Shown piece after piece: positions 22,691 to 35,669 of a DNA stretch of 64,000 nt. This stretch comes from Felis catus (taxonomy: Eukaryota). The stretch covers positions 45,508,001 through 45,572,000 of the forward strand of contig NC_058375.1 in NCBI RefSeq assembly GCF_018350175.1, written 5' to 3'. How positions within the stretch are numbered: the stretch's first letter is position 1; the number at the start of each line of letters is the position of its first letter. The position numbers were made by a program, and so were the translations under genes. Under the pieces are notes generated by a model. That model saw only the letters and a list, made by a program, of their open reading frames with translations. It made no database searches and was not told the DNA's origin.

Positions 22691-24009
22691 TTTGACAAGT
22701 GTAGAAATTACTTGATAAAGATTCATAAGATAAGCTTATTAAATACATTCATCCATCCAATGGAAAATCGTTGAGCACTTACTTTGTTCTTCCCCTTGAG
22801 AAGGTCACTGCACAGTAAATAGCTCATTATACTATATGATGTGATAGATGCTATCGCAGATTCTGAAGCAGGAGGTCAAGAGGCTGACCTAGAAATCACT
22901 ACTGTTAAGAAGAGCTCCAGATAATCTTTGTTGTCACCAGACAAGATTTGGGAAACCACGGCAGACAACACAATCAAGTTTAAAAATATCTCGATCCAAA
23001 AGTGAATGCATGTAATTAAGGTAAAAAAAAAAAAATAACAACAACACTTTAGAATACCTCCACTGGCAGAAACAATGGATTGAAAACTAGGAGACATGTA
23101 ATGAGTAGTGATATTAAAATATGCAAAACTTGGGCCTAACCAATTAAACAACAATAATGTATGCGATCTGGTGTGACGGGTCTGTTAAAAGGCAGGCATA
23201 TCCCCACACTCTGTAACTTACTATCTTTACTACAGTAGGAGATAAAAATAGAGTATGACCACGGCAATACAATTTCTTTTTTGAGGTGCAGTGTCCTCAT
23301 CCATGCAGTGGACATAATAATAGGGCCCGCCACAAAGATCTCCGGGGATGGAGATCCTACATTTATCAGATATACGAATGACTGCCATATTCTCGTGATA
23401 GGCTCTGGATAGGCGTGGTTAAGCACTTTGCACTGTGCTTAGCACGTAGTAGATGTAGTAGATGCACCCGAAACCTGGCAGCTACTCTTATCATTACAAG
23501 CCCAATTATGCTGATCCTGGTTATCCAACCTGCATCTAGAAAGAGAATGGCACCTGCTTTTTAAGGCTCACCGATGGGAGGGTCTGTGCTGGATTACTGT
23601 AGTTAGCACATTGTAAATCTCTGCAGAGCTCTTCCCTTATCGAGTGTCATTGAGAGTTCCTGCCTCTCAGGATGATGTCCCTGCTCAACTCCTTAGGGGA
23701 ATCAAGTGTTTCGAAATCAAGTCACGATTAGTGCCTGCCTAGCTAGACCAGCTTTCACTGAAATGCCTCACGTCTGAACTTCTAAGCATTGTTAGCCCGT
23801 AACACACAATCTCGCACTGAATTTCATCCTCTTGGAGTAGAAAGAACGATCAAGATTATTTTAAAAGGCATGCGTTAAGAGCCTGGGCTTTTTGGAGTCA
23901 GTCCTGTACTCAAACTCTTACCTGTCTGACCTTGGGAAAGTTATTTTGATGCCTAAGTTCAATGCAGCCGTGAAGACTTAATGCGATTATGTACCCAGCA
24001 GGAACTCAT

Positions 24010-24910
24010 GAGCTGGTTGTTAGAAAGTCCTCCGGGTACGGAGCCAAAATTCTCCTTCCTCTCACTCTGTTCTTCCCAGTGTTCTAAAATCTGCCCTCTG
24101 AAGGTACGTAAAATCAGTGTACCTCCTATCTTTCCCTGGAAAATCTCTTTAGTTAGTTGAAGAAAGCAATGATGTCTCCCCAGGGTGACCGACTACCCTG
24201 GTTTGTCCAGGACTCAAGGGTTCCCTAGGATATAGGACTTTTAGTGCTAACATTGGTAAAGTTCCCGGCAAACCAAGATGAATGGTCCCCCTCCCCTCCT
24301 CCCTGTTCTTCCCCAGCCGGAATATCCCCATGGTCTCCAACCATTGCTTTTGTGACACATGTGTGGTCCCCGTATCATCCTATTATCCCTCCCCATAGGC
24401 ATTCATTGTTTTTTTTTTTTTTTTTTTGTAATATCCCTCCCTAGAATTTGCCACAAACCAAGAGTGGGACTCATGAGTCATGGTCACATATGATTTTAAT
24501 GTGCCCAAGTAGTGCCAAATTATCTCCAGAAGGACTACACAAATCTATGCCCTCACCAGCAGTGCATAAGGGTTTCTGATAACACTTGATATTACATAGC
24601 TAAAATAATTTTGCCAACCTAGTTATGATGCCAAAGTAAAAAGCACATTTTTTAGTGTCCCACTACCCTGTAGGAGCTGATTGAACTTGATTTCCTACAA
24701 TTTTTTCTGGTGTTTCTGACATGGGCTGCTGCCAAACTAATTCTCCTCAAACCAGTATTTCTATGTTATATATAAACTTAAGTTCTGGACTTGACATTTA
24801 TCACTGTAAAATTTTACTTTAACAGTATTAGCCCAGTGCTCTGGTCTATGAAGATTACTCTAAAATCTTTATTCTGTTGTCTAGTTTTTAATCACCCCTT
24901 TTAACTTTGG
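24010..24910 (-). mobile_element. L3/CR1 LINE 3' fragment with nested MITE and L1 piece
   Basis: MSQKQWLETMGIFRLGKNR...GDIIAFFN*LK (CR1 [32 protein letters not shown]); upstream LHRPEHWANTVKVKF (LDRLEHWAKTNKMKF). Confidence 0.8.
24181..24292. mobile_element. hAT-Blackjack MITE (MER81-like)
   Basis: TIRs AGGGTGACC...GGTCCCCCT; internal GGACTTTTAGTGCTAA. Confidence 0.85.
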
Positions 24911-24946
24911 GAGAATAAAAGGAAAGGAAAAGAATGTTAATTCTCT

Positions 24947-25178
24947 GGGATGCCTGGGTGGCTCAGTTGGTTAAGCACCTGACTCCTGATTTCAGCTCAG
25001 GTCATGATCTCACGGATCGCGAGTACGAGCCCTGCATCAGGCTCCAAGCTGACGGTGCAAAGCCTGCTTAGGATTCTCTCTCTCTCTTTCTCTCTCTGTC
25101 TCTCTCTCTCTCAATCTGCCCCTCACCCACTTGCATACATACTCTCTTTTTCTCTCTCAAAATAAATAAAACTTTAAA
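24947..25178 (+). mobile_element. CAN-SINE
   Basis: Head, CT body, tail; imperfect TSD AAAAGA(A/G)TGTT(A/G)ATT. Confidence 0.95.
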
Positions 25179-25392
25179 AAAGAGTGTTGATTTTTTGTTT
25201 TACACACGGGAAACTGAAGCTCAAAGAAGCTAAGTTAACTTGCTCAAAGCCTTCCAGGGATAAGTGGGAGAGGCATGCTTTGAACCAGGTATGTCTGCAG
25301 TCAAAGCTTTTCACACACAGGATTATATCATGCTTTGCACAATCACACACAGGCGATATCTGAGGACTAATCCAGTTTAAAACACTATTTTT

Positions 25393-25603
25393 GGAGCACC
25401 TGGGGAGCTCAGTTGGTTAAGCATCTGACTTTGACTCAGGTCATGATCTCATGGTTCATGAGTTCAAGCCCCACATCAGGCTCTGTGCTGTCTCTGCTTC
25501 AGCACAGAGCCTGCTTCGGATCCTCTGTCCCCATCTCTCTCTGTCCGTCCCCCACTCATGCTCTCAGTCTCTCAAAAAAACTTTTTTAAAAACTAAAAAA
25601 TAA
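25393..25603 (+). mobile_element. CAN-SINE (diverged)
   Basis: GGAGCACCTGGGGAGCTCAGTTGGTTAAGC...CTCTCAAAAAAA. Confidence 0.93.
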
Positions 25604-26094
25604 ACCTAGGCACTGTGGTTCCAGAACCCACTCTCTTGGCCCTTATACACATTAACTGGCATGAGAAGAAACAGGAACGCAAACATACAATACGGTGTGG
25701 TTTACCTTAGTTTAGACATTTGACAAAGGCACAAAAGGAACACGGAGGAAGAAGTACCTGACTCGGCTGGGAGAGTCACAGAAGGTTTTCAGGGGGCATG
25801 ATTGGCCGAACTGACTCTTGAAGAAGGAGCAGAGTTTTCCAGGTGTAAGAAGTGAGGAGAGAATTTCAAGCAGAGAGGAAAGTGACAGCTAACGCAGGGG
25901 AGGAAGGAAACGGCATCTTTCTCCTGAAAGCATGATGATACCCTCTTCCCCCAAATATCAATGGAAGGATGCCTTCTGTAAAAATAAGTCTGGATCTTAG
26001 ACATCATCTTTGCAGTAAATTTTTATTTTACTCTTAAAGAGAAAAAAAAAATCAGCTGGCTATCACCAATCAATCCGTGTTATAGCTAGGATTA

Positions 26095-26270
26095 ATGGTG
26101 TTTCCCAAAATTCTCTGATAAGAATTGTCTGGGGCTCATATTAAAAACACAGCTTCCCGGGCCTCCTGGAGGTTCTTATCCAATGGGTCTGAGATGAAGC
26201 CAGGAACCAGCAATGGTTAAGAAGTACCCCCACGAGATTCTCATTATCAGAGACGTCTGGCAAACACTGG
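26095..26270. mobile_element. MER5A1-like hAT MITE
   Basis: GGTGTTTCCCAAAA...GATTCTCATTATCAG...GGCAAACACTGG terminal inverted repeats. Confidence 0.75.
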
Positions 26271-27519
26271 GTGAGCCTGGGTGCTGAAGTTCAGGGCCCC
26301 TCCCACCAATCTGCAGAGGAGGCTGACTCCCGCATAGAGATCAGCCTTCTGGTCAGTTAACAATTAAATCATATGAACCACTGCCCTGGATAACTCCAAG
26401 ATAGAGTCCGTTAAAACATGTGACTTGTGGGGTCGACAACCTTGTAGCACATTTCTCTTTATGGACCCAGTAACTGACACTTTCCCTACACTCTCCCACC
26501 CAATCCCCTCCACCTTCCTGCAAGATAGATGCATTGCTACCTTGTACAGATTTGGAAACCAAAACTCAAGTCTGGAAACATGGAAAAGGTCGTGCAGTGT
26601 ATAGTGAGTAGCCAACTTGCAATCTCAAACCAAATGCATTCTGAGTCCATGCTCTTCCCAGTCTCCGGACTTCTGGAAGGGTCTATGGTAGAGCCTGTCC
26701 TCAGAGAGAGTCAGTCCATACAAATGGGAAGCCATAGTTGAAAGCAAGCCTGACTCAGGATCTTGCCATCTTAGGTTGACCCTCCACTGACCTCTACTTC
26801 CCCACCCCACCTGCTTCATATCAAAAAAGCTACCCTGTTTTCTCCTCAACACTCTGCTGCAATTTTCCACCCCTGAATTATTTGTGGCTATAACAAGCAA
26901 GGCCACGCCACGCCTGGCATTAAAAAAAAAAAAAAAGCACGAGCCTTCATTCCTGAGGTAATGAGACCTTTTTTTCCGAGTTCCTTCCTCCAAAGTTCAT
27001 GAACTTAATAAAAAATAAAATAAGACGGGCTCTATTACCGCCCAGACCTCTGCTGCAGGAAGCCAGGGCTGATGGGGTAAAGGCAGTGCCTGAATAAAAA
27101 AGAAAACGTATTCACAGATCAGCTCCATCTTCACTGACCAAATCCACAGAAAACCACAGTGAGAGGCACCGCAGCCCACATCTGAGCTTCCTGATACACT
27201 GCAGGTAATACCCAGGGCTCAAGGGCAAAGTGGATCTGGGTACAGAGATGTTTACAGCATTTTCTTCCCCTTGGATGTAGCGCTTTGGAGACCCAACCCT
27301 TCAAAGTGATCGGGGACTTGCATCTGTCCAATCCCTACGTGTCACAACCACCCAGAATAGTGTGAAATACCCAGGAAACGAGCAGGAATTGGCCCACACT
27401 CTGACCTCACTGGCCTCTTATTCGTCAATGCCAGTGGCCATTGACACATGCTTGTGGAGATACCCAGTCGTGGCCCACAGTGGCCCTGTCATCATTCCAA
27501 TGGCTCCCCCTCTGAGACT

Positions 27520-27724
27520 TTTTAAGTTTACGTTTTAGAGAGACAGAGACCGCCCAAGCAGGGGAGGGGCAGAGAGAGAGCAAGAGACAGAATCCCAAGC
27601 AGGCTCTGTACCTGCAGTGTGGAGCCAGACACGGGGCTCGAACTCAGGAACCTCAAGATCATGAATGAACTGGGCGAAACCGAGAGTCGGACGCTTAATG
27701 GACTGGGCGCCCCAGGCACTGCAG
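27520..27724 (-). mobile_element. CAN-SINE (diverged)
   Basis: Reverse copy; TSD CCCTCTGAGACT. Confidence 0.93.
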
Positions 27725-30180
27725 CCCTCTGAGACTCTTAAAGTCCACTACCCTTCCGGCAGCTTCTCAGCTCTGGCAGCTCGCTCACACAACCACTGCC
27801 CTATGGCCCCACTGGACCCTCCGGGAATTTGACGTGACTGTCCATCGGTCACCTGCTAGCATTCACACACCTATTCAACAGACACCTTCTGAGTGCCAGT
27901 CATGACCCTGGTATGAGAGCTTCACCATGAATAAGACCCATCCCTGCTTTCACAGACCAACCTCAGCCCCTTCCCGGCCAGCCTAGACCGTCCTCTCACC
28001 AGCCTAGAGACCCTTCATCTGCCCCACCCAGTGGCTCACCCTCGCGATTCTGACTGCCAAACTGCTGAGAAGTTTGCCTCACGACTGGAAAAGAATTAGC
28101 ACGCTCTGTCTTCACTGCACTTTCCGCCAGGCTGCAAGGAGGCAAGTGGAAGAAACAGAATGTAGAAGCCCTAATATGCTGTGTAACACCACTAGGTGTT
28201 CGACAGATGCGACCACCCCCCACCCAGCCTTTTGAAGTCTGACAGGCCTCTTAATTGAACTTGAATTCCAGCAGGGCATTGAACCACTGGGTGCTCTGAG
28301 CCACAGCCCCCTCCTCGGTAAGCTGCAGGCAGTAACGTAACAAACTCGGAAGGTTATAGAGGGGATTTAGAAACAAATATGTCAACAGCCCGTTGGTTCC
28401 ACTGGGCCCTCCCTAAATGAAAGTGGTCTGTTTGGGCTTAGATCCTGTCCTATTGCCTAAGTTCTTAGGAGGTTTTCTGGTCAGCAGCTTCACCCTGTTG
28501 GACCCGAGGAGCTCAGCTTGATGACAGGTTTAAGACCTGCAAGGCAGCTAGGACCCGTGTCCCCGCCTCCTCATTCCCAGCTAAGACCATTGGGAAGATT
28601 GTGGAGAGATGTGGAAAACTATCAGGAGCCCCTGATGCCCGGGGTGGGGAAGGGGGAGCAAGGGCTGTGCAAGGGAAATGTAACATTTCGGTGCCTGGAG
28701 CTCCACGCTCCCAGGCACCCGGGACCCCCATCCCAGATGTGGTGGGCAGTGAGGAGGAGGAGTGTGTTGCATTTCCTATGAATTAAGCCATCAGGCCCAC
28801 AGAACAATGTCGTCATTGATGGGGAAAGGTCGCTGCAATTCCAAGGACACTTCAGGCCTTTCACTGGGCTGAGACAGAGATGCTTAATATTAATCCTACG
28901 TAATATGAGTCTCTGAAAACCCACTTTCTAAGGGGCCTACTGGCAGCTTCAATTGACCATTCATTGTGATTCAGTGCATCCTCAAGGAAGTGGTGTGGAA
29001 GGGGGAGACTCATTTGTTTTAATCTATGATCCAAAGCTCCCCCCAAAATCTATTAGCACAGGCCATTCTGATTCTTGGGGGAGAAATGCTCTGCTCTCAT
29101 GGAGACTTACTTAATCTGGGGTGGGAGGGACCACCTCCGAGCACAGTGAAATCAATGTTCTTTCATTTATTAAACATACCATCGGTGGGGTGCCGAATGT
29201 TTAACGCCCAGACTACTTCTGCTGCCCTGCTGATGGTGACTTTGGATCCGGGGCCATCTCTTCACGCTCCCACTTTACACGGGTGCTTTAGGGGTCATTC
29301 GTGTATGTGACAAACACTTAATGAGCACATCCCCTAACCCAGGCACTGTGGTGAGGGATGAAATAGCAAATAAAACAGCGCCATTCTCTCCCTGCACGCA
29401 GTTTATTGACTAACTAGAAAGTCAGACCGTGACTTTTATTACAACGAAGCGGGATGAGTGAGGGTTGTGCCAGGGGACCTTCAGGACCCTGTGAGGACAC
29501 AACAGGCAGTCCAACCTGTAAGAGATATTTGAAGAGGGTCTTTGGAGAAACTGCCTTTTCAGCCGGGACTGAGCAGAAGGCTGAGTTAACCTAAGGAGGT
29601 GGCAGCAGGAAACAAGGGACCCACAAGGAGAGGACTGTAACTGGGCTGCGGGGAATGAGGCGTGAAAGAGGTAAGCCCGGGCCAGCTGATGGAGCCACAG
29701 CCAGCTGATGGAGGGGAAGGCTGCCCTCATCCCTCCCTTCCAGCTAGCTAGGGTGCACACAATTTCCAGACGTTCTTTGGCTCCATGCTTGGAAACCAAC
29801 AGTCCTCGGTGAGACCCCGGTTCCAACCCAGCTTTCAGAGTCCCAGGGGAGCCAACGCCTTCCAGGGTCCCACTTGTCAGGGAGGGGAACTGAGGCCACA
29901 CCCACTTGTGTCTCCAGGGTCTGAATCCTGGGAGCGAAGAATCATTGTGAATTAGGGAGATGAAGGTGGTCTCCTGAGTGACGCTGGTGACATAGTGTTT
30001 CAGAAATGGCAAGGGACGGCCTCATTCCTCTACTCCTCTTCTGTATCTTTTCTGGCAAGAGAAGTGACCTTCAGGAGAGTGAGGCGCACCGTAAGTGACC
30101 TCTGTTTGCCCCTAATTGAGTCCTCGTCTTCTGCTTTGGATTAAACTCTGTCCCAGTACTGAGAATTTCTGCAGATGAAG

Positions 30181-30397
30181 TTTTTTTTTTTTTTAACGTT
30201 TATTTATTTTTGAGACAGAGAGAGACAAAGCATGAACGGGGGAGGGGCAGAGAGAGAGGGAGACACAGAATCGGAAGCAGGCTCCAGGCTCTGGGCCATC
30301 AGCCCAGAGCCCGACGCGGGGCTCGAACTCACAGCCCGTGCGATCGTGACCTGAGCCGAAGTCGGACACCCAACCGACTGAGCCACCCAGGCGCCCC
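30181..30397 (-). mobile_element. CAN-SINE (SINEC_Fc)
   Basis: TSD TCTGCAG(A/G)TGAAGTTTT. Confidence 0.98.
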
Positions 30398-30864
30398 TCT
30401 GCAGGTGAAGTTTTGAGGAAACATAAAGAGCAAGAGAAGAGCTGAGGGATAGGAGTTTGACCAACATTATGTTTATTTTCAACAACAAGAGTAGACACAG
30501 GAAACTTCACTGATGACCTCGACACTGACACCAAGCCATGATGGAGATGAGGTGATCAAGAGGGAAACCTCAGGACATCTGAGAGGGAAGAGGTGGTGAC
30601 CAGGAGAACAAGGTCACTCACCTGGCTGCCTTTTTGTGGACAGTTTAGTGAAAGCCCACAGTTTCTCTGAGATTTGACCAAACACAGGCCAAACCCTTCT
30701 TTGGCAATTTCTTAATACACATTCAACAAACAGAGTCAAGGCCAGAGTGTAATGAGGGCACAGGAGAGAGTCACCTACCCCAGCCTGTGGCAAGTCTGGA
30801 AGGCTTCCTGGAGGAGGGATACCTGAGCAGATACCTGAGGATACCTGAGACAGAAGCATGTAGT

Positions 30865-31110
30865 ACAGCATGGTCTGAACTCTGGAGCCAGACTGCCTGG
30901 GGTCAAAGTAAGCCCTGCCAATTACTAGCTACGTGACCCAGCGCAAGTTCCCCTAACCTTACTGTGCCTCAGTTTCCTCACCCACAAAAGAAGAATAATA
31001 GTACTTAGTTCACAAGCTTGATGCGAGAATTCTCATAAAGAGTTAACATATGCAAAGTGCCCAGAACAGCACCTAGTATGTACTAAGTATTGCATACATG
31101 TGAGCTGTGA
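30865..31110 (+). mobile_element. MIR (near full length)
   Basis: CTCTGGAGCCAGACTGCCTGGG...TGTGCCTCAGTTTCCTCA...AAAGTGCCCAGAACAG. Confidence 0.88.
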
Positions 31111-31127
31111 TTAGGGAGATGCATGGT

Positions 31128-31602
31128 TAATTTTTTTTAATTAACAGACTTTCTAAGCAGTTTTAGGTTTCAAGAAAAACTGAGCAGGAAGTACAGAGAG
31201 TTCCCACACTCCCCTCCCCTCCACACACAATTTTCCCTATGATTAGCATCTTGCACTAGGGTGACCCATTTCGTACATACCGGCATATTGTTAACTGAAG
31301 TCCACAATTTACACGAACGCACCGTGTTGTACATTCTACAGGTTTTGACAAACGCATAATGTCATGTACCGGCCATTATTACATCATACAGAATAGTTCC
31401 ACTGCCCTAAAAATCCTCTGTGCTCTGCCTAGTTGTGCCTCCCCCGACTTCCTACCCTCTGGCAACCACTGATCTTTCTACCACCTCGGTAATCGTACCT
31501 TTTCCAGAATGTCATACAGTTGTCAAACTGCACGTAGACTTCTCAGACTGGCTTCTCTCACTTAGCAGCAGGCATTTGAGTTTCCCCCATGTCTTTTCCT
31601 TG
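31128..31602 (-). mobile_element. L1 3' end (L1MB-like)
   Basis: AGCAGTTTTAGGTTT...AAAACTGAGCAGGAAGTACAGAGAGTTCCC...TTTCCAGAATGTCATA. Confidence 0.88.
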
Positions 31603-31800
31603 GCCGTGTCTCAATCAAGGGTCGGTATGTTCACACCGAGTTGAGTGATGATAGTCAAAGGAAGCTGAATAAAGCCTCTTTACCTGGTCACTCCGTAGAA
31701 AATTCTGCAAATCTTTGCCTTCGGACCTCTGCTATTTCATCCTCCAGTGAAGTCCCACCACGACTCTAGTCAAGTGACCCCTTTAAAATACAAATGTTCC

Positions 31801-32015
31801 GGGGCGCCTGGGGGGCTCAGTTAAGCGGCTGACTTCGGCTCAGGTCATGATCTCGCGGCCCGTGAGTTTGAGTCCCGCGTCGGGCTCTGGGCTGATGGCT
31901 CAGAGCCTGGAGCCTGTTTCAGATTCTGTGTCTCCCTCTCTCTCTGACCCTCCCCCGTTCATGCTCTGTCTCTCTCTGTCTCAAAAATAAATAAACATTA
32001 AAAAAAAATTTTTTT
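31801..32015 (+). mobile_element. CAN-SINE (SINEC_Fc)
   Basis: TSD AAATACAAATGTTCC. Confidence 0.98.
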
Positions 32016-33445
32016 TTAAATACAAATGTTCCTAGGAGATCACATTTTAGATATGACCTAGACCCATAGCATTTTTTCAGCTGGAAGAAGCCTCAGCATC
32101 AGCTGTTACCAAACGCTTATTGTAGGGAGGAAATCAGAAAGGGAGAAGGCTTGCCGAAGAGTACACAGTCATAGCCAAGGGACACATCACTCATGCCATG
32201 TTACTTGTCACCCGAATGCAGGTGTGGATAGGTGCAGTAACCGCACACCCCGACCAAAAAACTAAAACTCCAAGTTCAAAAAAAGATCTTTTGAATTTCA
32301 TCCATGAACATATACATCATTTAATGATGTCATGTATAAAAACCCCTTATCACTAATAAGAACATTAAAGTAAATCAGAACTATTCCTTTACTAATCTAT
32401 GCAAAACAATTTGTCAGAGGTGCAGATATGCAGGTGAAAATAATGCAAACTTGCAGAAAGTAGGCATAAGCCCCTGAGGCAATCAAGGAAGACTTCCCGA
32501 AAGAAGTGACATTTGATCAGGCCCTGAAGGATAAGCAGATAGAGGTGAGAAAGAACCCACAATGAAGTGAACCTGCGATGAGGAAAGGGTATGATGTTTA
32601 TCTAGAAGAGTGGGCAGTTCCACCTGGCTAAGAAGAGGGCATCCTGGGGTGTGGCAGACATGAGGCTGGACACTCCCGGGTACAGTGTCAGGGTGACTCC
32701 AGGCTACAAACAGCCTGGGCTGGGAAGTGTCATCTCATCTTGAAACTGACTCCCCATTTCACCACTGTTCCCAGGGCCCCGGCTGCTCCTCTAGGTTAAG
32801 TGTTGAGAACCACTCCCTGAACACTTGCTAAAAGGCAATCTCCAGCAGAATCTGGAGAACTCAAGGACTCCCTGCTTCCTCCCTGTGGCCTTGGCTGCTG
32901 GGTGTCCTCATTGTGCCCCCAAGGAACAAGTTTCCTTGTTCCTGAAGGGCAGACAATAGAATTCTTCCCAGGGAGACTTCTCAGGAATGAGACGTCCAGG
33001 GCAGCCTTAATTAAGCCTTGGGGCGGGGGGTGGGCTTTCCTTCCAGGAAATCTAGTTTGCTGACAACTTGCCTCCCCCCCCCACCCCCACCTGCCCTACA
33101 CTTACAGCTCTGGCTTTCTCTGCAGTGCAGCACCCTCCCAGGCAGCCTTCACAACACGGATGGGCCTGAAGAGACTTTGCATGTTCAAGTCCAGACTCCC
33201 GGGAATCGGGGCCCTTGTTGAACCAGCCTCCCCAAGCCTGTCGCCGGGAGGAAGGCTCTGGGTCTGCAGAACCCTGTGCAAATAAACACGGAGTCAGCAC
33301 GCAAATGTCTTGTCAAAGGGGAGTCAGGAGTGTGGTTGACCGGGTGGGGCTCCTGGGAAAGGGAGGGCTGTTGGGGCTGATTTCCCACCAGTCCTTTCAG
33401 TAACTGTCTCCCTCCTGACCGACTGCCTCCCCATCTCTGTGGATG

Positions 33446-33592
33446 NNNNNNNNNNNNNNNNNNNNNNNNNNNNNNNNNNNNNNNNNNNNNNNNNNNNNNN
33501 NNNNNNNNNNNNNNNNNNNNNNNNNNNNNNNNNNNNNNNNNNNNNNNNNNNNNNNNNNNNNNNNNNNNNNNNNNNNNNNNNNNNNNNNNNNN
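33446..33592. other. Assembly gap
   Basis: Run of N adjoining the CA-rich tract. Confidence 1.
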
Positions 33593-34062
33593 ACAACACA
33601 TGACATACGCACAACACACAGGACACACAACCACACACACAACACACACAACATGCATCACACATACACACAGCCACACACAACACACACACAACACACA
33701 ACATACAACACGCATGACACACAACACACAACATATGACATATGCACGACACACATGACACACAACCACACACAACACACAACATGCATCACACATACAG
33801 CCACACACAGCATACACACAACACACACGACACACAACACACAACAATGACACACAACATACACACAACATGCACATGATACACAACCACATGCACAACA
33901 CACACGACACACACGACACATGCCACACAACACACACACAACACATATACACTATACACAATGCACAACACACATATATCACAACGTACACCATCCACAC
34001 ACCGCACAAACACACATACAACACACACTATACACAACACACAACACACACCATACACATAT

Positions 34063-34095
<33 letters not shown>
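33593..34095. repeat. Degenerate CA-rich simple repeat ending in pure (CA)n
   Basis: ACACACAAC / ACATGACAC motifs, very few G on the + strand. Confidence 0.97.
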
Positions 34096-34097
<2 letters not shown>

Positions 34098-34439
34098 CAC
34101 AGGTGGCCTTCTTGATCCCTGCTCTCACACCCTATGCCGCTCCCCACTGCCAATCGTCCCCGGTCCCCCGCTGCCCCGTTAATTCTTACACCATCACGCA
34201 CCTCAACACCATGGTGCCACAGTGGGCACGGAGTGCGGAGGACAAGGGCTCTCAAACCAGAAGGACCCGGGTCGTATGGCAGCCACATGACTTATCTATG
34301 TACCAGCCCCCCTTCCTCACCTGCAACCTGACAGAAAGAAAAAGAAAGGATTAAAGGATCGAAGATACATAAAGGACCGAGAAGAGTAGCTGGCACACAG
34401 TATAATCTCACGTTATTTCCCTTCCGCTGCCTCCCTTAA

Positions 34440-34800
34440 CCTGATGGATACTCCTAATACCTAGTCTCTCAGTCACAGAGCTCCCAGTCTCCAAGTGACA
34501 CACAGCCTATGCTCCTCTCTTCCACGCACATTCCAGAGACTACACTTCCCAGCCTGCCTTGCATCCGCGCGTGATCCTGCAGCAAACCGTAAGTGACGGA
34601 GAGGAGTACAATTCTCGGGTCACTTCCTTAAAAGAGAAACTAAGTTGCTCTCCGTAGCTTCTTTTGCTCTAGTCTGGCGGCCCTGGACCTCTCATCTCCG
34701 CGTTGTGATAGGAGACAGAAACGAGCTCCTATCTTATCTAAGTCCTCTTGCTGGAGAGTCTTTGTTGTAGCAACACACGTACCCTTTCACCTGCTAACAC
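34440..34800 (+). mobile_element. MaLR LTR fragment (MLT1J-like)
   Basis: GACTACACTTCCCAGCCTGCCTTGCA...CTATCTTATCTAAGTC...TTTGTTGTAGCA. Confidence 0.65.
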
Positions 34801-35485
34801 AATTCACTTCAGGTGTGGCTTGATCCAGCAGTTTCCAACCGTGTCACCACGGATCTGGTAGTTCCTTTCGTTGTCTCTGATCTGCTTCCAATGGTGTCTT
34901 ATTCTCAGACTCTACGTGCCCCCTCCCATAACTGGTCCCTACGCCCCCACCCCACCCTAACCCCAGCCCTAAAATAGCTTCAGGAGCTCCCCCGAGCCGA
35001 ACAAAAATTGCTTCAACAAATACACATTTCAAATTCTCACACAACACAGTCTAGAGAAGAGAGATGTTTTCTTCTGTCAGCATTGAAAAGGGCAAGAGGG
35101 ACACCACATGAAGACAGAAAGATAAGCTAGCAAACTTACGTGACCTGAGGGTATTCATTTTCTTCTTTGAACACCTTGCTTAATGTTTACCTAGAGCCAT
35201 TGCATGTGGATTCACACCCAGCACAACGGACGCTAATGGTCACAGGCTGTGCTTCCAGTCCTCTTAGGTTTCTATTGTGGGAGGCAAGCACCTACTTCCC
35301 ACAATGTCCAGTCAAGATACACACACAATGGAGGACACAAATTCCCCAAAATGAAATTAAGTACTGTTAGGAAGTAGAAATCAATACTGGGAAGCTAAAC
35401 AATAGTAAATGTCCACTCCATCACCTGTATGCTGAAACTATCCAAACTGCTAACTCCAGCAGGAACCCTCTCCTGTGGCTCAGAC

Positions 35486-35652
35486 AGGGCCAGCACTGGA
35501 GAGAGGCAGGCAAGGAACCTAGGGTGCACAGTTTAAGGACACACTCTCAAGTGCTGACCCTGCCTCTGCAGGGCACTGAGAGTGAGTGCCTCCTGAAATT
35601 TTGCTCTGTTTGGGCCACCTGTGCCTTCCTTTACGTCTTGACTCTTGACCCT
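35486..35652. mobile_element. hAT-Tip100 MITE (MER91-like)
   Basis: CAGGGCC start; GGGTGCACAGTTTAAGGACACACTCTCA...TGAGAGTGAGTGCCTCCTGAAATTTTGC internal palindrome. Confidence 0.7.
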
Positions 35653-35669
35653 CGGGCCTGTGGACTTGT

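Noticed and set aside
29422-30012. 196-aa minus-strand ORF
   Set aside because: No recognisable domain, non-ATG start, partly overlapping L2; consistent with chance in GC-richer DNA.
30614-30710. Strong minus-strand donor CAG|GTGAGT
   Set aside because: No convincing acceptor or recognisable peptide; upstream sequence is L2-derived.
33185-34354. Cys/Val-rich and His/Thr-rich ORFs
   Set aside because: Artefacts of the CA/TG repeat and the gap.
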